From assembly GCA_965602015.1 (NCBI GenBank), contig OZ271918.1, positions 3,296,001 through 3,360,000 of the forward strand: DNA of 64,000 nucleotides. The letters run 5' to 3'. Numbering within the stretch: position 1 is the first letter of the stretch; each line of letters begins with the position of its first letter. Under the pieces are notes generated by a model. It worked only from the letters and a program-made list of their open reading frames with translations. It had not been told where the DNA came from and ran no database searches. Below, in pieces: positions 9,247 through 19,501 of this stretch. This stretch comes from Salinispira sp. (GTDB lineage Bacteria; Spirochaetota; Spirochaetia; DSM-27196; Salinispiraceae). Both the position numbers and the translations under genes were made by a program.

Positions 9247-11145
9247 ATGAAACGTGTACATATCGGCTGGATAATTCCGGCTGTTCTTCTTATTAGCGGC
9301 TGCCTGAGCGGCACCGCATACGGCGAATCGGGTCCGGGGGGGCAACTCCCGGAAGCAGACAGCGGGAGCCACATCGCGGAAATAACGGGCGAGGCAGCCG
9401 AATCGGCAAACGGAGCCGGCGAACGCAGCGTCTCGGCTTCAGTCGGGCGGGAAGAAATCCCGCCGGTCGTCATCCCCGCTCACCTGGTATACGCCGGCAG
9501 AGATTTCCTTTACCACAGCGACGACGGCGGCGCCACCTGGAACAGGATGAATATAAAGCCGCAAATTTCCGATGCCACCTACCTGACGGCAGCGGCGGTG
9601 AACCCCGCCGATCCCGATCATCTGGTGGTGGGAACCAGCTATTACGGACTCTTCGAGTCAACGAACAGAGGCGCGACCTGGACCGATATGGACCCCGAAA
9701 GCGCCTTGTCGCAGTTGTATCAGGGCGCCGGGTTTTACAATGAGATTGCCGCCTTGGCCTTTTCAGCCGACGGGGATGAACTGTACATCCGCGGCGGTTT
9801 CGGCGGGTCAACGTTCCGATGGAACCTGACAAAGCGCTCAGAGGGCCTCAGCGCTGGCAGCGACCAAGGGTCCGTTTCGGAATTTAACGGGGGAAATCCG
9901 GAAACCGATTACATTCTGAGCCAGATAATACACGGCTCGGCGGCCTGGCCCGACGGATTTCCTCTTCCTCCGAATTTGGCCGAGGATTCGGTACTGCCCG
10001 AAAGCTTCGTCCGCGACGAGGCCTGGCTTGAGCGCCGTCGGGCCGCCAGCGACAAATTCGGTATTTACATAAATGCCTGGCAGGTCACCAACCGCCTCGA
10101 TGAGTTTATCGATTATATGCAGCGCATGGGATTTAACTCGGCGGTAATCGATTTTAAAGATGATCTGGGGCTGCTCCGCTACGACAGCGCACTGGAAACT
10201 GCCCGGCGAGCAGATACCGTAAGACCGCTTTTTGACGCGAGGGAACTTATCGCCAGATTTCACGAGGCGGGCATTTACGTTATCGCCCGGGTGGTAGTGT
10301 TTAAGGACAAGGCCCTGTATGCCTATGACGGCAACCGCTACGCCCTCTGGGATGAACGGCTCGAGGAACCCTGGGGGGTCTACCGTCAGCGCACGCCAGA
10401 AGCCAGCGCGGAAAACCCCGATCCCGAACCCTATTGGGAGCAGGTCGAATACTGGGTTGATCCTTATTCCGAGTTCGTTCGTGATTATAATATCGCCATT
10501 GCCGCCGAGCTTGAAGAACTGGGCGTCAATGAAATTCAGTTCGACTACATCCGTTTTCCCTCAGACGGAAGGACCCGCGATATCGTCACCCGCTTCCTCC
10601 TTGATGAAAACGGCCAGCGGGCCCATGTAGATATCAACAGCCAGAGGGTTCGCATTCTCAGCACCTTTCTGAGGGAAGCCCGGCAGGTTATCAGCATACC
10701 CATCGGAACCGATGTGTTCGGTTTTAACGGATGGGCGAGGATGAGCTACCTCGGCCAGGATATCGAAGCGATCAGTCATTATGTGGATGTTATCTCCCCC
10801 ATGTCCTACCCCAGCCATTATCCCCGCAGCTTCTACCGGGAACTTTCCTACCTGGACCGGGCGCAGCTGATTTTCGAAGAAGGCACCAGACGTGCCCGGG
10901 AAATTACCGACGACCGCTCATTGATCCGCCAATACGTCCAGGCCTTCCTGCTTGGAAGCGAGCTGAACTTCGAACAGCCGGTATATTTCGATTATTTGAA
11001 CCGCCAACTTCGTGGTACAATTCTCGGCGGGGGCAACGGCTTCACCCTGTGGAACAACTCGGGACGATATTACATGGTCGACCCGGAATCCGTACCGGAT
11101 TATATTCGTCGGGCCGCAGAAGCCTCCGAAGGATTTGTCCAATGA
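9247..11145 (+). CDS. Lipoprotein with BNR-type repeats and a putative glycoside hydrolase (DUF4015-like) domain
   Basis: Lipobox LLISGC after MKRV start; SDDGGATW/STNRGATW Asp-boxes; VIDFKDD, EIQFDYIRFP, SPMSYPSHY. Confidence 0.75.
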   Translation: MKRVHIGWIIPAVLLISGCLSGTAYGESGPGGQLPEADSGSHIAEITGEAAESANGAGERSVSASVGREEIPPVVIPAHLVYAGRDFLYHSDDGGATWNRMNIKPQISDATYLTAAAVNPADPDHLVVGTSYYGLFESTNRGATWTDMDPESALSQLYQGAGFYNEIAALAFSADGDELYIRGGFGGSTFRWNLTKRSEGLSAGSDQGSVSEFNGGNPETDYILSQIIHGSAAWPDGFPLPPNLAEDSVLPESFVRDEAWLERRRAASDKFGIYINAWQVTNRLDEFIDYMQRMGFNSAVIDFKDDLGLLRYDSALETARRADTVRPLFDARELIARFHEAGIYVIARVVVFKDKALYAYDGNRYALWDERLEEPWGVYRQRTPEASAENPDPEPYWEQVEYWVDPYSEFVRDYNIAIAAELEELGVNEIQFDYIRFPSDGRTRDIVTRFLLDENGQRAHVDINSQRVRILSTFLREARQVISIPIGTDVFGFNGWARMSYLGQDIEAISHYVDVISPMSYPSHYPRSFYRELSYLDRAQLIFEEGTRRAREITDDRSLIRQYVQAFLLGSELNFEQPVYFDYLNRQLRGTILGGGNGFTLWNNSGRYYMVDPESVPDYIRRAAEASEGFVQ

Positions 11146-12092
11146 CCATAAACGATTGGGCCTCCAAGGTCACCGCTGAAGTTCAAAAAGCCTTTCTGGG
11201 AAAACCCGAAGTGATAGAAAAAATCCTCGTTTCGGTGCTTTCCGGCGGCCACGTTCTTCTGGAAGATATTCCCGGAGTGGGCAAGACAATTCTCGCCCGG
11301 GGAATAGCTCAGGCGTTGGGAGGGAAATTCAGCAGAATCCAATCAACCCCCGACCTTCTTCCCAGCGATATTCTCGGAGTTACCATTTACCAGCCTGAAG
11401 AAAAGTCATTCCGTTACCGCAGAGGCCCTATTTTGTCGAATATTGTTCTTGTCGACGAAATAAACCGGGCTACTCCCCGAACCCAAAGCGCCCTGCTGGA
11501 GGCCATGGCTGAGTTTCAGATTTCCATCGACGGTAAGACCGTCGCCCTGCCCGATCCCTTTTTGCTCATCGCCACCGAAAACCCAATCGATTTCGAAGGC
11601 ACATTTCCCCTTCCGGAAGCGCAGCGGGACCGTTTTCTCATGAGCCTGTCGATCGGCTATCCCGACAGGAAGACCGAGGAAAGAATCATTGTTGCCCAGC
11701 GGGCCGCCGCCCATCCCGTGGAGACCATTGGAGCTGTGAGCAGCCCCGATGAAATCAGGTCCTTGCGGGAACATGTGTATCGTATACACATGGAGGGGGA
11801 AATCATGGACTATCTTCTCCGGCTTGTGGACGCCACCCGGAGCCAGGCGCTCCTGCGGATGGGCGTCAGTCCCCGGGGAAGCCTGAGCCTTGCCAGAAGC
11901 GCTCAGACCCTTGCCGCCATCCGGGGCCGGGATTTTGTCATTCCCGATGACATCAAGGAGCTGTTCGTGCCGGTATGCTCGCAGCGGGTCATCCTCAAAC
12001 CGGACGCAAAAATGAAGGGAAAAACTCCGGCGGGTATACTCGAAGAAATACTCGAACTGACCGAATCACCGGCGGGACCGCAGCAGGGGTAG
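11142..12092 (+). CDS. MoxR family AAA+ ATPase
   Basis: LLEDIPGVGKT, DLLPSDILG, DEINRATPRTQSALLEAM, EGTFPLPEAQRDRF; start reassigned to ATG 11142 overlapping the upstream stop. Confidence 0.93.
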   Translation: MTINDWASKVTAEVQKAFLGKPEVIEKILVSVLSGGHVLLEDIPGVGKTILARGIAQALGGKFSRIQSTPDLLPSDILGVTIYQPEEKSFRYRRGPILSNIVLVDEINRATPRTQSALLEAMAEFQISIDGKTVALPDPFLLIATENPIDFEGTFPLPEAQRDRFLMSLSIGYPDRKTEERIIVAQRAAAHPVETIGAVSSPDEIRSLREHVYRIHMEGEIMDYLLRLVDATRSQALLRMGVSPRGSLSLARSAQTLAAIRGRDFVIPDDIKELFVPVCSQRVILKPDAKMKGKTPAGILEEILELTESPAGPQQG

Positions 12093-12095
12093 CGA

Positions 12096-13259
12096 ATGGC
12101 CCCGTGGCTCGGCGGCATAGTCGCCGCCCTCATTATTTTCCTTTTCCTCCCCATCGCGATTCTTCAGTGGCTGGCGGGGCTTCTGCTTGTCCTGACCGCC
12201 CTGAGCTATGGCTACGTAAGGCTCATCGAAAAACATCTTGAAGTTCAGAGAATGGATCAATCGCCCCGAACCTTCCGCTTTGCCGATACCCCGGTAAAAA
12301 TTCGGATAAAAAATCCCCTGCCGGTGCCTATTCCCTATCTGCTTATCTCCGATGAATGCGGAGGAATGATGCTCCTCGATTCCCCGGTAGAGGTGCTGTC
12401 CCTGGGCCCCGGGGAAACCACAGTCCTGGAATACCGGGTCAAAAGCGACCGCCGGGGGCAGTTCATGATCGGCCCGGGCAGCATCCTGTTTTCCGATCCC
12501 CTGGGGCTTTTTCGCCGCCAGCTGACGGTAAGCGAACCCGTTCTCATGCTGGTCCTCCCCAGAGTCTATCCCTTGAGTCTGCCGGCCCTGCGGGGACTTC
12601 CCATCGGCGCTATCCGGGTGGAAAACCGCCTTTATGAGGATCCGAGCCGGTACCGCAGCATGAGGGAATACGTTCCGGGAGACGACCCGAGAAAGATCCA
12701 CTGGAAGGTAAGCGCCAGGACCGGCGAACTGCATGTTATGGAATATTCATCAACCCTCTCCTCCCCGGCGGTAATTGCCCTCAACATAGACGCCGACGCG
12801 TACACTCAGGGCAGGCGCTTTCAGCATTTCGAACGCTGCATTGAGGCCGCCGCATCCCTGTGCAATTTCTGGGAAGGGCTCGATCAGGAGATCGCTCTGA
12901 TCATCAATTCCCGTGAGCCGGTACTCTTCCCCAAAGGCAAGAATCAGGTCCCGGGAATGCTCGAGGCACTTTCCAGGCTGGAAAGCGCGGATGAAATGGC
13001 CGTCCCGATGACCGAGCTTTTAGCCGACTATCGATTTTCCATGGGAGACCGGATTTTCTTCGTTTCCCCCGCCATTTCGCTTGAGAACTACCGCAATATT
13101 GCGTCCATGCTGCCGGCCAACAGCGACTTCGATTTCTGGCTTCTTCAGGACCGTCAGAAGCGCGATGACCATGTTTTCCACGGCATGCTCAGCCCCGTGT
13201 CCCGGCACCGGATACTCAGCCTTGAGGAATACGGAGAGGACCTGGTGCGAAATGGATAA
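12096..13259 (+). CDS. DUF58 domain protein
   Basis: SDPLGLF, REYVPGDDPRKIHWKVSAR; typical MoxR partner. Confidence 0.9.
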   Translation: MAPWLGGIVAALIIFLFLPIAILQWLAGLLLVLTALSYGYVRLIEKHLEVQRMDQSPRTFRFADTPVKIRIKNPLPVPIPYLLISDECGGMMLLDSPVEVLSLGPGETTVLEYRVKSDRRGQFMIGPGSILFSDPLGLFRRQLTVSEPVLMLVLPRVYPLSLPALRGLPIGAIRVENRLYEDPSRYRSMREYVPGDDPRKIHWKVSARTGELHVMEYSSTLSSPAVIALNIDADAYTQGRRFQHFERCIEAAASLCNFWEGLDQEIALIINSREPVLFPKGKNQVPGMLEALSRLESADEMAVPMTELLADYRFSMGDRIFFVSPAISLENYRNIASMLPANSDFDFWLLQDRQKRDDHVFHGMLSPVSRHRILSLEEYGEDLVRNG

Positions 13260-14922
13260 GCGGCAGTACCTTATTCGCCAAAGCGGGGCGTATTTCGCAA
13301 TAAGCCTTTCAAGTAGCCTCGGGCTCTTTATTCTCATCGCCATGGCTCTACGGGACGTCAGCATGGCCATAGATGCTCCCTTGGTTCAGCCCCTGGCGGT
13401 TTTTATCGTAATAGGACTTCTGCTCAGCCTCGAGGATTACCTGGTCTCGCTTTTTGCACCGGCAACTCGCAACAGCGGCGGCTCGAAAATCCGGGAACTT
13501 CTCCTTTTGGGTGTTGTACTTTACGGCCTCATACTAGCCGTACAGATAATCCGAGTCGGCGAAATTACCGCCGCACCCGACGGTTCGTCGGTTTTTACCC
13601 TGGTATGGTCCGCATTCTACTGGTTCAGTCACTCTTCGGTTTTTTACCGGTTTATGAGCCGTCTCGACATCGCCCGGCTCCTTGAGGCCAGACGGGGTGA
13701 ACAGCTCACCCGTCTCCTGCAGGACGAGCATTTATTTGTTCTCGGTTCGTACCGCAAGATGCAGGCGAGCATCAGGGCTGCGGGGTTCCGGCTGTTTTTT
13801 TCCGCAGTTGTGTTGCTCCTGTACGCCACAGAATCCTACCCCCTGCCGGCGGGCCTGCAAATAACAGCAGCCGTATCCCTGCTGAGTCAGTTGGGGCTGG
13901 GGTACATGGCCCGGATGTACGGGGAGGATCACCGCTATCTGGCCTGGGGAGCCCTGCCGGGCAGCGCTCAGCGCCGGAACCGGTCCACACTTATTGCGGC
14001 CTTTCTGGTGATTTCGGGAATTCTCGCCCTGCCCTTTTTTGGTAATCGCAGCATAGTTGATCCACAACCCATACTCGCCTGGTTCGGCAACATGCTGACC
14101 CGGGTGAATGCCCCCGAAGCAGCCCGGCGGATCACCCAGCTGCCCTTTCTGGCAAATCAGAGTCCCTCGGCGGCGACCTGGGAAGAGTATGTAAGCCGGG
14201 ACCCCGGCGCAGCGGCCCGCTGGTTTTTCTCGTTTACCGACAACCTCATCCGGGTCGGACTGATAGCGCTGGCGATCTACCTCATCGCCGCTCCGCTTAT
14301 TCGGGACCCCCGCATCCTCCGTTCCCTGCTAAGGGCGATGCGGTCAAGGGGCATTGCCTCGGGGCTCAAGGAACTGGGGGAGATGCTTCTGTACTGGGCT
14401 CGAGGGCTGGTCGTTAATCTACGGCAGATGATCCGTTTTCCGTTTGCGCTGATTCGCTCCCTCTTTTTAGCGCTCTTCACGCAAAAATCCCCTAAGAAAA
14501 CCGGACAGAGCAGGGAAGAACAGGAAAGAATTGTCAATGAAATAGTTCGTCAAAGCCGTCCCCGGGAGAACCGCGGGGAGGGCAAGGAACGGGAGATTCA
14601 CACATTACAGGAGATATTTTCCGCGTCCGCCCTGCTTGGAGGCCGCTACGGTTTGGTTATCAAACGGAACAACACGATTCGGGAGATATCACGGGCAGCC
14701 AGTGAAATCCTCGCAGAAGTGTATAAAAACAGCGATTCGGAAAAACTGGCATTAAGCACCGAAAACGAGACCAGCATCGCCGGGAACATCTGCTTCATTG
14801 GTTTGCTGTTCGAGGAATCCCTGTATTCCGACCATGAAATACCGGCTTCACGTATTGATGATGCCCGGCGGCGGGTCGTTGCTCTGGAGGATCTTTTCAG
14901 CGGGGTATCAGCTGGAGAATAA
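13252..14922 (+). CDS. Multi-pass membrane protein of the MoxR-DUF58 locus
   Basis: Many hydrophobic segments; ATG 13252 overlaps the end of the DUF58 gene. Confidence 0.7.
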   Translation: MDKRQYLIRQSGAYFAISLSSSLGLFILIAMALRDVSMAIDAPLVQPLAVFIVIGLLLSLEDYLVSLFAPATRNSGGSKIRELLLLGVVLYGLILAVQIIRVGEITAAPDGSSVFTLVWSAFYWFSHSSVFYRFMSRLDIARLLEARRGEQLTRLLQDEHLFVLGSYRKMQASIRAAGFRLFFSAVVLLLYATESYPLPAGLQITAAVSLLSQLGLGYMARMYGEDHRYLAWGALPGSAQRRNRSTLIAAFLVISGILALPFFGNRSIVDPQPILAWFGNMLTRVNAPEAARRITQLPFLANQSPSAATWEEYVSRDPGAAARWFFSFTDNLIRVGLIALAIYLIAAPLIRDPRILRSLLRAMRSRGIASGLKELGEMLLYWARGLVVNLRQMIRFPFALIRSLFLALFTQKSPKKTGQSREEQERIVNEIVRQSRPRENRGEGKEREIHTLQEIFSASALLGGRYGLVIKRNNTIREISRAASEILAEVYKNSDSEKLALSTENETSIAGNICFIGLLFEESLYSDHEIPASRIDDARRRVVALEDLFSGVSAGE

Positions 14923-14923
14923 T

Positions 14924-15622
14924 CTACTCTTTTTCCAGGTCTTCATCGTCTTCGAGATCGTCAAAGTCGCCGTCATCCTCATCACCCAGGTCCTCGAAGA
15001 TGTTGAATTCAATAGTCTCCGCCATCTCCTCCCCTGATGATTCGGCGCCTTCTTCCTGGGACACATCGGACTCTTCAACTTCCCGAATCCTGTCGCGTAT
15101 TCGTGCGGCTTCTTCGTAGTTTTCGTCCTCCACGGCGGAGTCGAGGGCGCGCTGAAGTTCTTCAAGCACGCTTTTGCTTACCGATTGGGACATTTGGTCA
15201 GAATCACTTATCATCGACAGGGGAATGCTCGCCTCATCGATAATGTACTCGGCGATATACACCGGACATTTGATTCGGGTGGCAAGCGATAGGGCGTCCG
15301 AGGGCCGTGAATCGAATACGTGTTTCTTGCCGTCCTGTTTTGTCACAATGCGGGCATAGAAGGTGGCATCTTTGAGGTCGTTTATTTCGATCCGCTCGAT
15401 GTGCATTCCGAGCTTATCGATGATATTTATGAGCAGGTCGTGGGTCAGCGGCCTGGGCATGGGTACTTTCCCGAGCCCGATGAGAATGGATTGCGCTTCA
15501 AGCTGTCCGATAAAAATCGGAACCGCCCGTTCGGATCCCAGAGGCTTGACGAGGACCGCGTTGCCCTTGTCTGTGCGGGCCACAGTCCATATTTCCGCTT
15601 CAACCAGCATGATGTTCTTCAT
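14924..15622 (-). CDS. Bifunctional nuclease family (DUF151) protein with UVR motif and acidic tail
   Basis: PIFIGQLEAQSI, RPLTHDL, DSRPSDA; AVEDENYEEAARIRDRI. Confidence 0.9.
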   Translation of the reverse strand: MKNIMLVEAEIWTVARTDKGNAVLVKPLGSERAVPIFIGQLEAQSILIGLGKVPMPRPLTHDLLINIIDKLGMHIERIEINDLKDATFYARIVTKQDGKKHVFDSRPSDALSLATRIKCPVYIAEYIIDEASIPLSMISDSDQMSQSVSKSVLEELQRALDSAVEDENYEEAARIRDRIREVEESDVSQEEGAESSGEEMAETIEFNIFEDLGDEDDGDFDDLEDDEDLEKE

Positions 15623-15665
15623 ATACTACCAAAATACACAATCGGGAGCGCAAATCCAATGCGAA

Positions 15666-16391
15666 TCAGAGATTGGCTGTGTATTTCACGGCGTTTTCGA
15701 ATAGCCGGAGACCGCCGGGAACCCGGTCCTTCAATCGCCGCGGGTGCTGTTCCCCGCGGATGTACGCCTCCGGATGGGGCATCATGCCCAACACCCGCCC
15801 GCTGATGTCGGTAATGCCGGCGATATCTAAAAACGAACCATTTGGGTTCTCCCCATAGCGAAATGCAATGAGTTTCTCGGGAAAATCCCCGGCGAGCTCT
15901 TTCCCGGGGATAAACTGGCCCTCACCGTGGCGGATGGGGCAATCAAAATCATCGATTCCCGCAAGCCAGGGGGATGTGTTTTCCTGATTGCGGGTAAGCG
16001 GCACCCATCGGTCGATGAACCGGCCGTCCCGATTGTGAATAAGACTGACCTGGTTTTCCCAGTTCCCCGTGGTATTCGGCAGGATTCCCATCTTCACAAG
16101 GGTCTGAAATCCGTTGCAGATTCCCAGGATTAATCCGCCTCTGTCCAGGAAATCCTGCAATGCCGGTTTTAGGTGATTCCTGATGATATGGGCCAAAATA
16201 GTCCCCGAACCGATATGGTCCCCAAAACTGAAACCCCCGGGGAACGCCACAATGCGGAGGTCGTTTAGCAGGGCAGGATCCGCAATGAGATCGCTCACAT
16301 GAATAAAGCGCGTTTCACTGCCGGCGGCGGCGAATGCACCGGCCAGTTCCTTTTCCGCATTGATACCATATCCCGTAATCAGTCCCGTCAT
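15666..16391 (-). CDS. purQ: FGAM synthase glutaminase subunit
   Basis: PGGFSFGD, GICNGFQ, GMMPHPE. Confidence 0.93.
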   Translation of the reverse strand: MTGLITGYGINAEKELAGAFAAAGSETRFIHVSDLIADPALLNDLRIVAFPGGFSFGDHIGSGTILAHIIRNHLKPALQDFLDRGGLILGICNGFQTLVKMGILPNTTGNWENQVSLIHNRDGRFIDRWVPLTRNQENTSPWLAGIDDFDCPIRHGEGQFIPGKELAGDFPEKLIAFRYGENPNGSFLDIAGITDISGRVLGMMPHPEAYIRGEQHPRRLKDRVPGGLRLFENAVKYTANL

Positions 16392-16392
16392 A

Positions 16393-19300
16393 TCACCACT
16401 CTCTTATAAAGGCGCCGGAAATATCTTCCAGACCGATGTGTGCTTTGCGCTCGCTTCCCAACGCCAGATTGAGGGTTTTCCCTCCGCTGGTGCCGAGAAA
16501 ATGCAGTTCTTCTTTCACAAAGGCGGATTCAAGAGCCTCTCTGGTGTCTGCCTTGACAGCGAGGATAAATCGCCCGCCTCCTTCGGCAAACAGAATTTCG
16601 GATGCGCTGACCGGAGAAATCTCCCGGTCAGCCAGGCGCGAAATGTCGATATTCGCTCCGATTCTTCCGGCCAGGCAGCTTTCTGCCAGGGCGGTCAGCA
16701 GTCCTCCGTCTGATACATCGTGCACCATCTGGATTTCTCCTCGACCGATAAGCCCGTGGAGGGTGAGGTAACGGCGGCGGTTCGCCTCGAGGGTGATTTC
16801 CGGGCAGGGTCCGAGCTGGCGTCCCTCCAGCTTCTCGAAAAAGCTGCCGCCGGTTCTGGTCTCGACGGGTCCGAGCAGGTAGAGCAGAAGCCCCGCCTCA
16901 TAGATGCCCTGATCGGGAACCTTTGCGACATCGCCGACAATTCCCATCAGGCTGACCAGCAGTGTCGGCCGCACCGATACCTTTTTTCCGCCGAGAACCG
17001 CATCGTTTTTCATTGAATCCTTGCCGGAAATCAGGGGCAGATTGTAGGCCAGGCAGCTGTCCTGCAGACCGCGGTTCGCCCGGACGAGCTGGGCGAGTTT
17101 GTACTCTCCGTCAGGCGTATAATCCGAGCGGACCGGGTCGGGCCAGCAAAAATTATCCAGTCCGGACGCCCGGTCCGGATGCCCGCCCAGGGCGATGTGG
17201 GCCCGATACGCCTCATCGACGGCGTGGGCCGCCATCTGGTATGCGTCTTCATCGCTCATACGGGGGCAGATTCCGTGGGTCACGCTTATTCCCCTGGAGC
17301 TCTTCGGCACCGGGCGGAGCACCGCACCGTCGCTGGGGGCGTCGGCCCGGACGCCGGTGAAGGGTTTGACCACCGACTGACCCTGAACCTCATGGTCGTA
17401 TTGCCTCACCAGAGATTCCTTGGAGCGGATATTCGGTTCGCTCAGCAGCTCGAGAAGCCGTGTAGCGATAAACCCGGAGTCATTCCATCGTGCAGCGGCG
17501 GCGAGCCGGTATTGCCCGGCCTCGTCGCGGGGCCGGCGGTACCCGGCGGCCTCCCAGCGGGCTTGAAGCTTCATCCGGGGAACTCCGTCGTGGACGAACT
17601 CCAGGGGAAGCCGGCCAACCGGGGAATCGTTGTAAAAAAGCTCCACCAGACCGGTGTCGCGGAATTCACCCAAAACCGATGCCTCAACGCCCCGGCGGCG
17701 AGCCAGGTTCATAAACTCATCTAGGCGGCGCGGTTCAACGGCCAGGCTCATGCGTTCCTGGCTTTCGGATACCCAAATTTCCCAGGCTGCGAGTCCGCGG
17801 TATTTCAGCGGCGCCTTATCGAGATACACGGCGATTCCGTTAGAAAACTCCGCCATTTCCCCGAGACTGGATGACAGTCCGCCGGCTCCATTGTCGGTGA
17901 TTCCCCGATACAGGCCCGCGTCACGGGCTTCCTGAAGAAAATCCAGCATTTTGCGTTGGGTGATGGGGTCTCCGATCTGTACCGCGGAGGTGGGGGAGTC
18001 TTCATCCAGCGCCAGGGAGCTGAAGGTGGCACCGTGGATTCCGTCCTTGCCGATGCGGCCGCCGAGCATGACCGCCTTATCTCCGGGTTCGATGTGCTGA
18101 ATCCAGCTCTCCTCGCCATGTATGAATCGGGGCATGATGCCCCCGGTTCCGCAGAATACCAGGGGTTTGCCCAAATAGCTTTCATCGAAGAGAAATGCTC
18201 CGGCGACTGTGGGAATACCGCTCTGGTTCCCTCCGTCGATTATGCCTTCGTGCACTCCGTGCATTACGCTTCGGGGGTGAAGCAATCCCTCGGGAATATC
18301 GTTTGCGTCGGTATCCGGGTGTCCAAAGCACAGGACATTGGTATTAAATATCGGCCGGGCGCCCTTGCCGGTCCCCATGATATCGCGGTTTACGCCTACA
18401 ATGCCCGTTATTGCGCCGCCATAGGGGTCGAGGGCTGAGGGGCTGTTGTGGGTCTCGGCCTTGAAGCAGATTACATGATCATCGTCAAAATCAACGACTC
18501 CGCTGTCGTCGTGGAATACCGACCGCAAATCCTGCCGACCTTCGCTGAGTCGATCGGTTGTGGCTTTGATGTAGTTTTTGAATAATCCGTCAATTACGAC
18601 AGTATTTCCCTCACCATCGTCATAGGAAATCTCCGCCTGGAAAATTTTGTGCTTGCAGTGTTCGCTCCACGTCTGGGCCAGCATTTCCAGCTCCACATCG
18701 CAGATCCGGGAGTCGAGTCCGGCGCTTTTCCGGGAGTTCAGGAAATCCTTGTGACGAAACAGGTCGCGAATGGCCTTCATTTCCTCAAGATTCAGGGCGA
18801 GGAGCCGATCGCTGCTCAAAGTCAGTAGCTGACGGTCATCCATGACAGCAATATCGATCAGTTCGGTGTCGGGAACCGGGCTTTCATCGACGCCGGGGTA
18901 CAAAAGGGGAAACCCTGCCGCCGTGGCCCCGTCTGTGCGCCGGATGCTTAGGGACTGCTGAATAAGGGGATTAAACAGCCGATTTTTAATGCGGGAAATT
19001 GTCTCTTCATCGTCCGCCCCGGACCTAAGCGCGAAGGCAGCGAGGGTTGCGGTTTGCACGACGAGGGTATCGGGATTAATTCCTGATCTGCCCCGAAACT
19101 CCAGGAGTATGGCCTCCCGCGCGGTAATGGCGACCGGGTCGGTAACACCCGCCTTGTAGCCCGTCTCTACGGCAAAATTCCAGCCCGGGAGGGCATGACT
19201 GCCCCATTCGCCGAAAAGCAAACCCTGCTGGGAGCTACTGCTTATCACAGCGGTCTGCTGAGATACCGTGTCGCTGAACAGCTCGGCAACGGAGTCGAGC

Positions 19301-19446
19301 AGTTCAGGAGCATCGATATTGACGAGATAGACGTCGATTACCCTCACGCCGGAAATTCTGGAACGGAGGTCGTCCTCCAGGCCGGAGAGGGTCTTCGCGG
19401 CTTTGCCGTCGCCCAGCTCGGGGCGGTAGGAAATCTCAATGCGCAT
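16393..19446 (-). CDS. purL: FGAM synthase PurL with fused PurS-like N-terminus
   Basis: QTWSEHCKHKIF, KAETHNSPS, DNGAGG, SESQERM, SGKDSM, HDVSDGG. Confidence 0.95.
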   Translation of the reverse strand: MRIEISYRPELGDGKAAKTLSGLEDDLRSRISGVRVIDVYLVNIDAPELLDSVAELFSDTVSQQTAVISSSSQQGLLFGEWGSHALPGWNFAVETGYKAGVTDPVAITAREAILLEFRGRSGINPDTLVVQTATLAAFALRSGADDEETISRIKNRLFNPLIQQSLSIRRTDGATAAGFPLLYPGVDESPVPDTELIDIAVMDDRQLLTLSSDRLLALNLEEMKAIRDLFRHKDFLNSRKSAGLDSRICDVELEMLAQTWSEHCKHKIFQAEISYDDGEGNTVVIDGLFKNYIKATTDRLSEGRQDLRSVFHDDSGVVDFDDDHVICFKAETHNSPSALDPYGGAITGIVGVNRDIMGTGKGARPIFNTNVLCFGHPDTDANDIPEGLLHPRSVMHGVHEGIIDGGNQSGIPTVAGAFLFDESYLGKPLVFCGTGGIMPRFIHGEESWIQHIEPGDKAVMLGGRIGKDGIHGATFSSLALDEDSPTSAVQIGDPITQRKMLDFLQEARDAGLYRGITDNGAGGLSSSLGEMAEFSNGIAVYLDKAPLKYRGLAAWEIWVSESQERMSLAVEPRRLDEFMNLARRRGVEASVLGEFRDTGLVELFYNDSPVGRLPLEFVHDGVPRMKLQARWEAAGYRRPRDEAGQYRLAAAARWNDSGFIATRLLELLSEPNIRSKESLVRQYDHEVQGQSVVKPFTGVRADAPSDGAVLRPVPKSSRGISVTHGICPRMSDEDAYQMAAHAVDEAYRAHIALGGHPDRASGLDNFCWPDPVRSDYTPDGEYKLAQLVRANRGLQDSCLAYNLPLISGKDSMKNDAVLGGKKVSVRPTLLVSLMGIVGDVAKVPDQGIYEAGLLLYLLGPVETRTGGSFFEKLEGRQLGPCPEITLEANRRRYLTLHGLIGRGEIQMVHDVSDGGLLTALAESCLAGRIGANIDISRLADREISPVSASEILFAEGGGRFILAVKADTREALESAFVKEELHFLGTSGGKTLNLALGSERKAHIGLEDISGAFIREW

Positions 19447-19501
19447 GTTCGGTCCTTACTTTGCATCCGATGCCCCGGCGCGGACCGGAACGCCGGGTAA
19501 T